Shown in pieces: positions 1 to 12,177 of a stretch of DNA of 64,000 bases. The DNA is from Octopus bimaculoides (lineage: Eukaryota), in NCBI RefSeq assembly GCF_001194135.2, contig NC_068991.1, positions 6,649,578 through 6,713,577 on the forward strand, read 5' to 3'. The stretch's first letter is position 1. Every line of letters starts with the position of its first letter. A model generated the notes under the pieces. It was not told the DNA's origin and made no database searches. It was given only the letters and a program-made list of their open reading frames with translations. A program made the translations under genes and the position numbers.

Positions 1-82
1 GTCGATTCATTTGAAATTCTTCAAGGCAGTGCCCCAACATGGTCACAGTCTAATGACTGAAACAAATAAAAAGATAAAAGAT
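1..82 (+). mobile_element. Family A SINE 3' end (cut by window edge)
   Basis: CAACATGGTCACAGTCTAATGACTGAAACAAATAAAAAGA matches the 3' end of the 34396 copy. Confidence 0.7.
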
Positions 83-90
83 ATGCCTGT

Positions 91-252
91 CATTATCATC
101 ATTCAACATCCATTTTCTATGCTGGCATGGGTTGGATGGTTTGACAATATCTGGAGCGCTGCAGGGCGGCACTGAGCTCCAATGTTAGCTTTTGTATGGT
201 TTCTACAGGTGGATGTCCTTCCTAATGCCAACCACTTTGTATACTGGCTTTC
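91..252 (+). mobile_element. Interspersed repeat, local family E
   Basis: ATCATTCAACATCCATTTTCTATGCTGGCATGGGTTGG...GGATGTCCTTCCTAATGCCAACC; homologues at 10543, 23192, 24925, 32311. Confidence 0.75.
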
Positions 253-314
253 ATAATCATTCAAGACATAAACAGAAAAGCTGATGTAGTTTCTGGTATA
301 TTCTGAATACTTAC

Positions 315-392
315 TTGTTCTCCAAGGTTAGTTGCTTGTTCATGGAGACTTTCAATGACACTCTGGTAGTTTTTGAGCTCATCTGTAACATC
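315..392 (-). CDS. SPTBN1: Beta-spectrin coding exon 15 (DVTDELKNYQSVIESLHEQATNLGEQ); not in the ORF track
   Basis: Acceptor TTGTAG|GAT, donor CAA|GTAAGT; 78 nt; continues repeat 5 in frame. Confidence 0.92.
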
Positions 393-769
393 CTACAAAC
401 AAACAGTAACGGATTAATTATTATGAAGTATAATGACAACATAGGTGTTAAGATGAAATAAATCTTAGCCATGTAAATTCAAAACTGAAATATCTATCAT
501 AAGAAGTGCAATGAACCAAGACCTCAATTAGGGAGTTTTAATTTGGGTTCCACTAATTACTCATTCTTTGATTCTCTATTGTAAGAGTAATTTCAATTTG
601 CATTCACACTTCATTTAAAACTGTTGACAGATGTTCTGTACTAAATCCTCCATTAGTTACCAAAAAATATAAGCTTTAACTTGTAAGCTGTAACACCAAA
701 TATATTTACAAAACATAAATGATAAGTAGAGAGGAAGAGAGAGAGATGACAAGGAGGTTCAATTTTTAC

Positions 770-886
770 CTTGTGTTTCTTAAGCAGAGATTGTACACTG
801 GCCTCATCACGTCCGACATCTTCACTGGACACGATACGGAAAGTATCCAACATCCAGATATCAATGTCATCAGCGTCAGCAAAGAA
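770..886 (-). CDS. SPTBN1: Beta-spectrin coding exon 14, repeat 5 (FFADADDIDIWM...SLLKKHK)
   Basis: Acceptor TCTCAG|TTC after a long polypyrimidine tract, donor AAG|GTAAAA; 117 nt. Confidence 0.96.
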
Positions 887-1478
887 CTGAGAAAAAAAAG
901 AAAAGACAAAAAAAAAGATTAAAAAAAAAAAAAAAATCTCCATTCATCAGAGAACATTGAACATATAAATCATCATAGTAGAAGTTACAATATATTCATT
1001 CAGGTAAGTATGATTTTATCTCATTAAAACATATGGATTACAACAGGTGAATTGCATTTAGCGACTAAGTTGTAGCTAAGCATATCAGAACAGAGATATA
1101 TATATTTTATTAAATATCGTAAAAATATAATTCATAAAGATCAATTATATAATGGAACCAAACAATATATTATGGACTTAACACTAAATTTGCCCCAAAC
1201 AAAGATTCTGTCTGGAGAAATTTGTCCAGCTGCATCTCCATTTTTTAAAACTTCTCATATAATTATTACATCTTACTATTTCATTAATGTTTCTCTAATA
1301 TCTAATAACCAATTTAATGTTAATAATAAGAGAAAAATAATTATGTTTAATGAATAAGATCTATGAATCCCTATTAGTGTACTAAGGTAAAACAAGATTT
1401 CATGGAGAACTGAGCTGTATAAAGAAAAGGTAATTTGATTACAAAGGCAAAATATTATAAATACTTTGATGTATTTAC

Positions 1479-1679
1479 CTGATAGTAATCAACAGCCTCA
1501 TTGAGTCTGCGTTTGCGATATGCTGCCAGGTCAATCAAACTCTCCCACTGCTGGTTAATCTCATCTATGCGTTCTTGGATCTTGTCTGCACCGAAATTTC
1601 CGGCAGAAATGAGATCATTGCCAACTTGGATGACTGACTGCAAGTGTGAGTGTCTGGCTGTCATTTCATCTTCCAGTGC
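1479..1679 (-). CDS. SPTBN1: Beta-spectrin coding exon 13, repeat 4 (ALEDEMTARH...EAVDYYQ)
   Basis: Acceptor TTTAAG|GCA, donor CAG|GTAAAT; 201 nt. Confidence 0.95.
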
Positions 1680-1704
1680 CTTAAAGAAATGGTAAAGAAG
1701 CATT

Positions 1705-1835
1705 NNNNNNNNNNNNNNNNNNNNNNNNNNNNNNNNNNNNNNNNNNNNNNNNNNNNNNNNNNNNNNNNNNNNNNNNNNNNNNNNNNNNNNNNNNNNNNNN
1801 NNNNNNNNNNNNNNNNNNNNNNNNNNNNNNNNNNN
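1705..1835. other. Assembly gap inside the intron between exons 12 and 13; other gaps at 39045-39808, 41973-42058, 50679-50785, 56581-56954
   Basis: Runs of N. Confidence 0.99.
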
Positions 1836-1838
1836 TAC

Positions 1839-2086
1839 TTTATGTTTATTCAGTAGGAGATGTACACTAGTTAAATCATGTCCCAGATCAGGAGAAGACA
1901 TCAACTGCTCTTTCTCTTTCACCCAGCCTTCCTCGTCTGCCATATCCCAGTAGAACTGCCATAATTTACGTGACTCTTCAAGGCGAGCCCTGCGTTCAGC
2001 TGACAGTTGTTTAAGTTCAGTGAAAGCTGTCTCAAGTGTTGACATTCTTTCCACAATAACTTCTGGTTTGCAGGGCCTGTACTCCG
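1839..2086 (-). CDS. SPTBN1: Beta-spectrin coding exon 12 (AEYRPCKPEV...LLLNKHK)
   Basis: Acceptor TTTCAG|CG fits the phase-1 upstream donor; donor AAA|GTA immediately before an N gap; 248 nt. Confidence 0.92.
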
Positions 2087-2297
2087 CTGAAATCACAAAG
2101 GGAAAAAAAATCAAAAATTAAGTTTCTAATATAAAACTGAGCGATCAACTTTACAACTTTTTCAATAAAGAAACAAAAAAATCAGCTGTAAAATATTAAC
2201 TGACAGACTACCTCTAATCTAATGGAAAAGTGAATGTTAAATAGTGATGATGATGATGATGATGAGGGTACTTTATTTACAAATGTTATGTTCCTAC

Positions 2298-2463
2298 CTC
2301 CAACATCTACGAAGTCACCTTCAGCAAATCTTTGAGCCTGGGAATTTACAGTCTTGACTCTGTCTCCGACTACATTAATGTCAGCCTCCAACAAACTGTG
2401 CTTTTGCAACAAGTCTTCGACTCCCATCAGATGTTTACCATAGTCTGAAGACATAAGTCGGGC
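2298..2463 (-). CDS. SPTBN1: Beta-spectrin coding exon 11, repeat 3 (ARLMSSDYGKHLMGVEDLLQKH...FVDVG)
   Basis: Acceptor TGTTAG|GCC, donor G|GTAGGA; 166 nt. Confidence 0.95.
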
Positions 2464-2571
2464 CTAACAAAAGAAATCAGCAATAAATTAGCAAAAATCA
2501 TTTTCAAGTGAAAAGGGATAAAAAAATATTTCCAAATTAAGATTTCAAATAAAATACTAATTATAAATAGG

Positions 2572-2800
2572 AGAGTATGTGGTTTAGTGATAAGGGTCTT
2601 GTACTTGTGATCCTAAGATTGTGGTTAGGGTTAGGGTTAGGGCAAAACACTTCATTTCACTCCACTGTGAGTGAGTTCCAACTATAGCTGAGAACTTAAT
2701 GGACTGGTATCCTGTTCAGGTTGGTATAATCCCAGTAACATATTCCATGGAAACTGAGTCAAGCTCTGGCTTTATGAGTCCTGGGGCTCATGACAGAACT
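2572..2800 (+). mobile_element. Decayed SINE with a family-D-like head and a different 3' part; contains (TTAGGG)3
   Basis: GTGGTTTAGTGATAAGGG...TGATCCTAAGATTGTG, then GGGCAAAACACTTCATTTCAC; 3' part ATGGACTGGTATCCTGTTCAGG. Confidence 0.55.
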
Positions 2801-3289
2801 AATATAAATAAGTCAGTGAGTCGGCCAAGTTGTTAGAATATCAAAACAGAAAATACCTTGTGGTATTTGTTCAAATCCCACTTTAGTCAACTTTGCCTTT
2901 CACCCATTCAAGATTGATAAATGCAGGAGCACTCCAAGGTGGAAAATTAGTGAAATTGTTAGTTTGGATGAAATGCTTTGTGGTACATATTACGAGTCTT
3001 TGCATCATGAGTTCACATTCCAGTTAAGTGCTGATGGCTAATGATAATCACTTGACCACATGAACACTCTATCCAACTTACAATTGGCCAGTGGGGATAG
3101 GCTGGCCTACAACCAGCAGTGGATTGAAAATGGATAATGGAACTAATGCAATAAACACTGGCCCAATAACCAAGAAGCAAAATATGAGATGGAACCTTAC
3201 TGTAAACATACAATTTATAGTTTTCAATGAAATTCTTGAAACCTTTAAAAGACAATGTAGAGTTTATTGGATTTTGTAAGTGTATTTAC

Positions 3290-3428
3290 CTTAATTTCTT
3301 CCATCCAATCAAGAATGTAAAGCATCTCTTGGAAGATCTTTTGTAAGTTCAGAGAAAGTTCAAGTCTCATACGACGCGCTCGTAGTAATTCCAAAAGATA
3401 GTTCCACAAACTCAGAACATTGTCTTTT
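3290..3428 (-). CDS. SPTBN1: Beta-spectrin coding exon 10 ([12 protein letters not shown]...LDWMEEIK)
   Basis: Acceptor TTTCAG|A, donor AAG|GTAAAT; 139 nt. Confidence 0.96.
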
Positions 3429-3588
3429 CTGAAAAACAAATAACACAATGGGTTTTAGCTATATTTAATTGTACATATTACAGATAAATCATATTGAATT
3501 ATAATTTCAGACTATTGTCTTAACAAGATAGAAACCTTTAAAAAATTCTCTAGGAAGGTAAAGTTTCAATAAAAAAATCATGAAATAC

Positions 3589-3846
3589 CTTGCTGCAATT
3601 CTATTGATGTCATGGTAATTTTCTTGTTGCAATTCATTTGACACAGCAATAACTGCTTGGACGCGTTCTTCATATGCGTTAATGTCAGTCTCAATTGCTT
3701 CATGTTTCTTGGTAGCAGCCTCAACAGCAGCAAGGTCATGGCCGAAATTGTCCTGAGATACCAACCGTTGGTTCTCACTGAGCCAAACTTCTCGCATGCC
3801 AGCCTTACGATTGAATCGGGCAGCCAACTGCTCGAGTTTTTCTTGT
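3589..3846 (-). CDS. SPTBN1: Beta-spectrin coding exon 9, repeat 2 ([11 protein letters not shown]...HDINRIAA)
   Basis: Acceptor TTACAG|A, donor AG|GTATTT; 258 nt. Confidence 0.96.
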
Positions 3847-4591
3847 CTGTAAAAGAATCACAAAATAAATACAACTGTTTAAGTACAATAACAGCAACAA
3901 TAAATTTTACGTTTTAACAACAGAAAGAAATATTGGAAATAAATATTTGATTTAAAATAAATTCAAATTAAACAAACTTTAGAACAGACCGAATATATTT
4001 GGGACATAGCTGACTTGTCAAAAGGCATTTTAACTGGTCTGCTATGGAGAAAAATTCTTGTTTTAGGTGTGCAAACATACTAAAAGTCAGTTCAGAATAT
4101 GGAGTGGTGGGTGCATTGCAAGCATTTCTGCTCTCTTCAGTATCAGATACCCAGTGGGGCAACTCCAAACTGACTGGAAGGCCTAACTTCCTTGTCCCAA
4201 ACATATTTTAGGCCAATGCTTTGTGTGTCATCCACATAAATATGAATTATCAATTGATGATATAATAATTGAAATTTTTACAATTCTCTATTTTTGTTTT
4301 GAAATATTTGTTGCAGACAAAAGAAATTACATAACAGACACTATAAGATGAAGCTACAGTATTAATGCGCCAAGTTTGGTCCAAGAAAGCTATTAGTTTT
4401 ACTCCTTAGACAATGGTCAATATTCTGACTATTTCACCATCACAAACTCATTGGCCATCATTATTCTTTACGATGGTGAGCAATTGAAAGTGCATTCAGT
4501 GGTGAAACCAAATGTTCCAAGAATTTGTAATTTGACTCGACTGGTCTCTAAATGCCTAATTACAAAACTAGGCATAAAAAAGTTGACTCAC

Positions 4592-4774
4592 CGGATCAGT
4601 TCTTCACGCAGAGCCAGTTCTCTTTCATGTTCAGCTTTCTCAAGTTTGTCCCAAGCTTTGTTGATGTCAGATATCAGTTTTCCTTCTCTGGGTAGATAGG
4701 GTCTTTGGTTGTTAGCCCTCATCTTACTTTGGAGTGTGAATAGAAGGACCTCAAGGTTTCCTTTCTCCACAAAT
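4592..4774 (-). CDS. SPTBN1: Beta-spectrin coding exon 8 ([12 protein letters not shown]...ALREELI)
   Basis: Acceptor TTTCAG|A, donor CG|GTGAGT; 183 nt. Confidence 0.96.
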
Positions 4775-5581
4775 CTGAAAAAGAGCAATTTTTTAATTTT
4801 TTGTTATTTATTTATTTATCTCAAAAAACAATGCCCCTCAACCACCACCAAAAAATAAATAAATTACTTAGGAAATTTTAATTAAATTTACTAGGTATCT
4901 AAAATTAAAATTTTTCCATTAAAAATCAACCAAAAAAAGTAAATAAGGAAGAAATGTAGTTTCACAACCAAGTTGAGAATCAGATTTCATGAAAGTTGGG
5001 GCAGAAATTATTCCTTCATTGATCTTAAATCACTGATTCTGACTGAAATACTGACTCTAAAAACTTAAACGATAATATAGATTCCCCCACCACCACCACA
5101 CCAAAAGACATCATATGAAAATTCTAATAGCAATAGTTATCTCCCTGTACTTCTAATCATTCTTAAAGGGGAAAATATAACAGTTGATATATATATTTTG
5201 TGCAATAATTTCTCTATAAATATTGATGGTTAAATGAGGGACAGGACAAATTGAAATAGAATATGAAACTTCTGAAGTGGAATAATATTTCAGAGAAGTA
5301 CTTGTCTGACCAAGTGATTTGATTTGTGTTGAAACTAAAATAATTAGTGTGGAAGATACATATAGCCATTCAAAGACATACCAACTCAAATGCAGAATGC
5401 AGTTTTTGTGCGTTTCTGAATGATTAATATGTAAGTGTCTTCCATGGTATAAGTGTGAATAAATAATAGATAGAAGTAAAAAAATGGAAATGTTTAACTA
5501 AATGAGATAAAAGATAACTTTAAAAAAATTAAAATATACAGCTGTATAATTTATGTACATTATAGAGGGCTGGGGACTTAC

Positions 5582-5769
5582 TTTGGTGGTTTTTCGACAG
5601 TTCTGTAGGTGTTAAAGCCTGTCAATTGCTCCTGCACGCCAGTTAAAGAGTTGGCGAATTTTCTGTCATTCAAAATAACTATTGTCTGTTCAATCCATTC
5701 CAAGAGGTCAGATGTTAGTGTTTCATATTCTTCAATCATTTTTTCTGTATCAATGGCATTGTCAATGAC
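5582..5769 (-). CDS. SPTBN1: Beta-spectrin coding exon 7, spectrin repeat 1 ([11 protein letters not shown]...YRTVEKPP)
   Basis: Acceptor TTTCAG|GTC, donor AA|GTAAGT; 188 nt. Confidence 0.96.
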
Positions 5770-6515
5770 CTGAAAGTAAAATTAAAAGTTTTCATATTTA
5801 TATACGTATATAATGTCAAGTTGAGAATCATCTGTATAATAATAATAAATAATAATAATAATTGTGTGTGTGTGTGTGTGTTTATGTTTAAATTATCTTT
5901 TTAACTACTTTACTGTGGAAATCAGATACATCTACCCCAAACTCCATTACTCTTAAACGTGGAAATCAGTTCTATATTCCTAACCATCCATTTTTTTAAG
6001 ACAATGTTTTCCAGAGGTATTTCTAGGGACTTGAACTCAGGACTGCTAACTAACTAAAGAAGCCTTAATCAGTGTTTGAGGGCTGATTTAATGTGAGCTG
6101 CTCCTGGTGACATCTAGGCTGATTGAACCAGTAAAAGTTAAAATCTTATGTACACAGACTATTGCCAGTGATGGGATGGCACACCGATAGTTCAACAAAC
6201 TATTAATTGGGGCAACTTTATAGAAATTACAGAAATACAAATCTGGAAACCATTTCTTATAGAAAATATTAAATTGGCGTTATTATCATGCATTATCTGC
6301 ATTCTATTTTATCTACTATTCTTTATAATAAGCCTTATTCTTCAGAACTTACTTACTCCCTCCATTGGACTCACCTATTTTGTTTTGAAAAACAAACTGC
6401 TTCTGCTTTATTACTTTAATATCTATAGTAACTGTTCCATGAAAGAGCAACAGTTACATAGTGCTTTACTTTGTGTATCATAAATAATTAATATAAATTT
6501 TTGTGTTCTACTTAC

Positions 6516-6628
6516 TCTGCCAATTCTCTTGCCTTGAACAGATTCAGCCTTCATTTTCGAGAAGTAATGATAGTAGGTGACAACATATGTAATGATGGAC
6601 TTCTCATCAGGAATCTCAACATTGACAT
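6516..6628 (-). CDS. SPTBN1: Beta-spectrin coding exon 6, CH2 end ([27 protein letters not shown]...KRIGR)
   Basis: Acceptor TTTTAG|AT, donor AGA|GTAAGT; 113 nt. Confidence 0.96.
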
Positions 6629-8078
6629 CTAAAATTTAAGAAAAGAAAAGAAAATTACTAATAGGAAAAATATATATCTGTTCAAAATTCAACACAAATT
6701 ACTATATATGTAGGTTTTGAAGTAATGTTGACAAGTATTCGATTTTGTACTGAAAAGTTCTAGTCAGTTTTATTACTGAAGTCTGTTATAATGCACTTGA
6801 GCACTGCATACAACAAGATTATCATCATTAGAAGCAGTAGTATTTAAGAAAATAGTTCATGGCTAAAATATTTTGAATACTAAAATGCTGCACCTCAAAA
6901 ATCAGAGGATTTTCAATGAGTAGGCACACATTCTACAACCACCCCCCAAAACATTTACTCATGTGGCACCCCTAATTTTAGAGTTAAATCTTAGTACAAA
7001 ATTTTTCCCCTTCATAGTTTTAGCTTTGCCCTGTGTATAAGTTACAATCCAGATTTTCCAGTTAAAATCAAGTCCAGAACAGTGCAACTCGTACACGAAT
7101 AAATATTGTAAACTAAAATTTAGTCAGTTCCTCAGGTTGCATGTATTAAAAAGGTTTTCAAGAATTTTTTTAGTCTTTTAATCCTCCTACTAAAGCCCTT
7201 GTCTTAGGCACAATATTCCTTCTTAAATGCTTCCATATAGCGTTTCATATCTATGCTAGGCCTACTGAAGAAGTTCCATGGGTCCAGCATATATGCTGAT
7301 TCTCTCAAAGAAAAGTCAATGGCAGGAAACATGGCTATAACAATGAAGATAAGCATACTACTCAAAATAAATCAATATAAATATGTAATGATATATTATC
7401 TCAAATAATTAAATATTTAATTAACTCAGACCACTTAACATATCTCTTGAGTCAATTGTTAAAAAGACAAAAAAAATGTTTGAATATGTAATTATTTTTA
7501 TTTTGAGTTTCTGAAATTTCTATGTAAAACTTTTATAGAATAAGTTTTATTTTAAAACAGAAATCAATAAATGTATCTATATACATTATATATGAGTGAA
7601 AATATATAAACAAATATAATTGGATTAGTTTTTTGTAGGATGATACTCTAATACCACTGCAGTATAATGCTGGTATTGATTTTAACAGCTTAACTGCTCA
7701 ACCACATCAGTTGATTGTTTCAATGTTTACTTTATGTCAATATAATTTGCAGCTTTTAATTTGGATAACAAAAATCAAAGTTACACAGAGAGTATTTATT
7801 ATTTAATGAAATATTACAAGTGCAACTTTGGAAAAAAAATAAATTCTATCCTTAATATGCTATCTACAAATACTAGGCCCAATGAAAATGTACTCTAATG
7901 TGATATTCCTGATCAACCTCAGATATCTCGTTAGGAATGAATATATAATGCATTCATAATCTTATTTAATCAATTTTATACATATAAAATCTTTGTAAAT
8001 TATCCATTAATATTGTAAGTAATCATGAAAACATTTAGGCTCAGTTTGATTTAATACACAAAACATAGAAGAACTAAC

Positions 8079-8194
8079 CTTCAGGATCCAAAAGCTTAGT
8101 GATACCAAGCTTTTCTTCAGCAACAGTAAACGCATTGTTGAGATTATGCATGGCATTAGATTTCTGAAGTCTGTCATATTGAATAAGGTCAGAT
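8079..8194 (-). CDS. SPTBN1: Beta-spectrin coding exon 5 (SDLIQYDRL...KLLDPE)
   Basis: Acceptor TTCCAG|A, donor G|GTTAGT; 116 nt. Confidence 0.96.
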
Positions 8195-8814
8195 CTGGAA
8201 GAAAGAACAATACAGAAACAATAGATAAGGTCTCAAAGAGAAATAGAATTATAAGATATTTATAAGCAGTGTTTTGTAGATAGTAAAACTTCTGATACCA
8301 GAAAATTATACAGAGACTTAGTTAATTTATGCTAATGATATGAACTAGCAATTTATCTGCTATTTAGGATGGACGCTTGAGTGCTGAGAGTGCTACTGTA
8401 CCCTGTCTGTGAATGCAGGAGAAGTGAAGCTCTTTAGTTGTTTCAGCCCCTTTCACTCACACCTAAGCTTCCTAGGAGGGGGGGGGGGGCTACGCACTGA
8501 TGTAGATAGTCTTGCACAACAGTATGAACTTTGTTGAGTCAAATGTTGTGACTCTGGGCCTGATGTTTCTGTCATCCTTGATGGTCAATCTTGCTGCACC
8601 ACTCGTCCTCCCTCCCTCTCTCCCTGAAGTTTCTGACAACATCTTTTCTCTCCATCTCAGCCAGTCCACGACCAGCATTATACTTTTTGTTTTTTAAACA
8701 TTACTTTTTACTTGGCATTATTAACATTCGTTCCTAGAGGGACACCATCAACAACTTAGCAAAAAGAATTGAACCTATTTTCCTTAACATTTACGGGTTC
8801 AAACTTCTAGTTAC

Positions 8815-8984
8815 CTGTGTTTGTGAATGATAGCATTAAATGCTAAACCATCTCTCCAGCTGGTAGTGAAATTTCTGACATTGACATTAGGGTAGCCAGC
8901 AGTTTTCATCTGGCACCAAAGCAAGAGTGCGTCTTTAGCAGATTTGGTTTCACTATTTTCTGTCTCTTCAATGATATCTTGGAT
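8815..8984 (-). CDS. SPTBN1: Beta-spectrin coding exon 4, CH2 start (IQDII...AFNAIIHKH)
   Basis: Acceptor TTTCAG|ATC, donor AG|GTAACT; 170 nt, phase 2. Confidence 0.97.
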
Positions 8985-9141
8985 CTGAAAAACAGGAAAC
9001 CAAAAAGCATAAATCAAATGAACTCAAAAAATAATTATTTTTATATGTCAACAATTAAAAATTACAAAATAGAAATATACTTTGTAATTAAAATAGATAC
9101 AAAGATATTAATTGGTACATAAAAGATTTAGGTTTACTAAC

Positions 9142-9315
9142 CTGGAAGCGAAGAATAATGGTCCATATAAGACCAAGAGTAAGTCTAGCACTGCCATCAA
9201 CTATGTCATGAGCACCCATGTTTTCAAGATGGACTTTTTGTTCATGCAGGAATGTCAATGCTTTATCTACATTTTCCAGGCAATGAATCCTCATTTTCCC
9301 TTTTGTTGGCCGAGG
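9142..9315 (-). CDS. SPTBN1: Beta-spectrin coding exon 3 ([20 protein letters not shown]...WTIILRFQ)
   Basis: Acceptor TTTCAG|CCT, donor CAG|GTTAGT; 174 nt. Confidence 0.97.
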
Positions 9316-10046
9316 CTGAAAAACAGAGAAAAATATAATTAAACATAATTACCAAATGTAGTAAAATAATAACTAACGAAAAGGTCTTTGCAAATTCAAA
9401 GGTTAAAAATGTCCAATAGCTAAAATTGTGAAGAAATACAAAACCAAAATTATATTGAATTCCTGGAGGCTAAAAACAACAAAAAAAAGTTCCACTGAAT
9501 GGATGAGAACATCTTTACATAGCAACAAAAACAAGGAAGCTTAAAGCCATTTGGTTAAATGCAAAATGAGACCAACCAATGTAATAATACACCTTGTAAG
9601 AGTCGAGGTTTAATTGGCAATCATCACTATAGACACATCCATAAGGATTATATAAAGAATAACTTTAATCAGTATTTTGAATAAGTGGACTTAACCATTT
9701 GTTCCTTATGTAATAAAGTAAGTACCATACAGAGTACTGGTCTCTCAATATAATCAACCTTGAAGACAGTCTCCCAAAATGGTCACAATCCAAAAAGAGT
9801 GAAGCCAGATGAAAATTAAATCAAAATGAACTTAATTATAATGTCTGGATGGAGAAGCGATTGAGTGATGAATAGTAATGTTTCGTCCACATTTGTTTTT
9901 GTTACTTTCTGAAAGATTTTAATTTATGATAGAAATGTATTTAATGCAAAATAATTAATTTTGCATTCTAAAAGATTTTAGCATCTTTCCAAGAAATAAG
10001 AACATTGAATATTTCCTTCAGTAAATTAAAGTATACATTTTAAGCA

Positions 10047-10160
10047 GGTGCAACTATGCTCATGTGGTTCAGAAGTTCACTCCATGACTAGGTATTTTCA
10101 GGTTCAATTCCACTGCATGACACCTATGGCAAGTGTCTTCTACCATATCTTCAAGATGAC
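10047..10160 (+). mobile_element. Family A SINE head, decayed
   Basis: CAGGTTCAATTCCACTGCATGACACCTATGGCAAGTGTCTTCTAC aligns to the family A head with CpG-type changes. Confidence 0.65.
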
Positions 10161-10542
10161 AAATACCCACTGCATGCATTATGTGGGCTACATCTTTTGC
10201 CTTTGTATATCAGCAGAAAATATAAACATTGGCCAAAAACCAATGACATTCAATTGGTCGACAGGAAACCGGCAACAAATTGTTGTTCAAGTTTGTAAGA
10301 GAAAACAAACTAAGTAACATTAAAAACCCGGAATATATAAATAACACTATCAACGACTAATCTGACTCACTTTTAGAGTCCATTATGAGCCAGATAAATT
10401 TTTTCTGTAAACAAAAACTCTTATATGATAAAAGTTTCGAAATTCAGTCCAATTTGGAAGTATCCAGAATAAATTTAAATTTTCTATGTATATGTATCTG
10501 GTACGATGTAAAAAGAAACTAGTGCTGCCACCCTGTATGCAT

Positions 10543-10680
10543 TGTAAAGTGATTGCTGTTAGGAAGGGCATCCAGATGTAGAAAACAGAGAATTGTAGCC
10601 TGGTGCAGCTCTCTGGTTTGCTAGCGCCTGTCAAACCGTCTAACCCATGCCAGCATGAAAAACACATGTTAAATGACGAT
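10543..10680 (-). mobile_element. Family E repeat, reverse orientation
   Basis: TTAGGAAGGGCATCCAG...AACCCATGCCAGCATG. Confidence 0.78.
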
Positions 10681-10867
10681 TTAAGTTGTATAGATAATTT
10701 ATTAACCCTACAATATTTATTGCTTCATTGAACGGTCAACCATACAGTATTTTCAACTCATGCATGCTATTGTAATTCTTATAATCAGGTAGGGATATAT
10801 TAGTAAATTATATTTTATTTTAAAGCTTAACATCAAAGTTTTTTTATTATTTAAAAATTGTATTATT

Positions 10868-11087
10868 CTTTTCTATTCTATTCTAGGCACAAGGCCCCCA
10901 TTTTTTTTTGGGGGGGGGGCAGTCAATTAGATTAATCCCAGTACGCAAACTGGTACTTAATTTATCGACCTTGAAAGGATGAAAGGCAAAGTCGACCTTG
11001 GTGGAATTTGAACTCAGAACGTAAAGGCAGACGAAATACTGCTAAGCATTTCGCCCGGCATGCTAACGTTTCTGTCAGCTCGCCGCC
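10868..11087 (-). mobile_element. SINE, local family B, with 17-bp target-site duplication
   Basis: Head GGCGGCGAGCTGACAGAAACGTTAGC on minus; flanks TTAAAAATTGTATTATT (10851-10867) and TTAAAAACTGTATTATT (11088-11104). Confidence 0.9.
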
Positions 11088-12130
11088 TTAAAAACTGTAT
11101 TATTTTAAAAATGGAGTGGTTGAATATTTTCAGTTTTTATTAGCCGTTTTTAAACATTGTTAAAACAATTTTAAAGGACTTGCAGATTTTACTGTATAAT
11201 ATTATGCAAATTATAATCACAAACAAAACGAAACTATATACTCATGTTTTGAGATTTATTTTCCTGTTTGTATCCTCAAACCAATATTGACTAATTACTT
11301 TGTGAATGTCTATGTGAGCCTGCACATAAGTGCATATATAAGAGTGTAATTATGTATAGTGTTTTGCACAAATACTGAAATTGCATACTTCAGAGATTTT
11401 GGTATTTTATTTCATTACAATAATATGGGAAATGTAAACATGAAGAGTGAAATTCTCATTATTACAATTAGACTCTTGGTAACAATTATATTGCTCTTTT
11501 CCAGTAGATCTTGTTTAAAAAGAGACACCACTTCATAACTGAATGATTAATTAGAGTGAAGCCTGATCATTCATTTGAAATGGAGAGAGAATGAATGAAA
11601 CTAAATTTACAACACAATTCAAGTCAATGTTAAACAAACAACTCTCTGAATTCACTCAAATACTAAAAATGTTTCCAAATCAATTTTGCCAAATTTCTAT
11701 TATAAAAATTGTAGCTGTGCTATATATGAAACTATTTACAAACTGAAAACAAACCATTAAAATCAACTATGGGTAATCTAAAGAAAAAAAAAGACAAAAT
11801 ATTGTGAACAGATGTTGAAAAATTCAATTTGTATAAACTATTATTATTATTGTTATTATATAATAATTTTTGTCATAATCTAAAGAATTTGCTACAAACA
11901 CTGGCATACTGAACGTAATTCAATTGTGGATATGATTGTAAAGTGAAATTAGTCTGAAATTAGTCTGCTGTAAAGAATTTTGCCAACAAATTTCTATTGA
12001 ATATTGTTTGTAAATAAAATTATAAAAATGGAAGAGATTACATTGTATTAAAATTGAAATAGAACTAAAAGCAAATAAAATTAATCATCAAAAAACTAAA
12101 AAGGAAGAAATACAGTAAAAACTATCTAGC

Positions 12131-12177
<47 letters not shown>

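Noticed and set aside
1705-1835. Hidden exon in the gap
   Set aside because: The flanking exons join as LLNKHK|ALEDEM, continuous with the spectrin repeat, and the gap is too small and too close to the donor to hold an exon with its splice signals.
1455-2114. Single 219-aa ORF reading through the gap
   Set aside because: It is two exons (2086-1839 and 1679-1479) separated by a 159-nt phase-0 intron that contains the gap.
8490-8697. Opposing 61-62 aa ORFs in intron 4
   Set aside because: No domain similarity or credible splice context; not needed for the spectrin frame.
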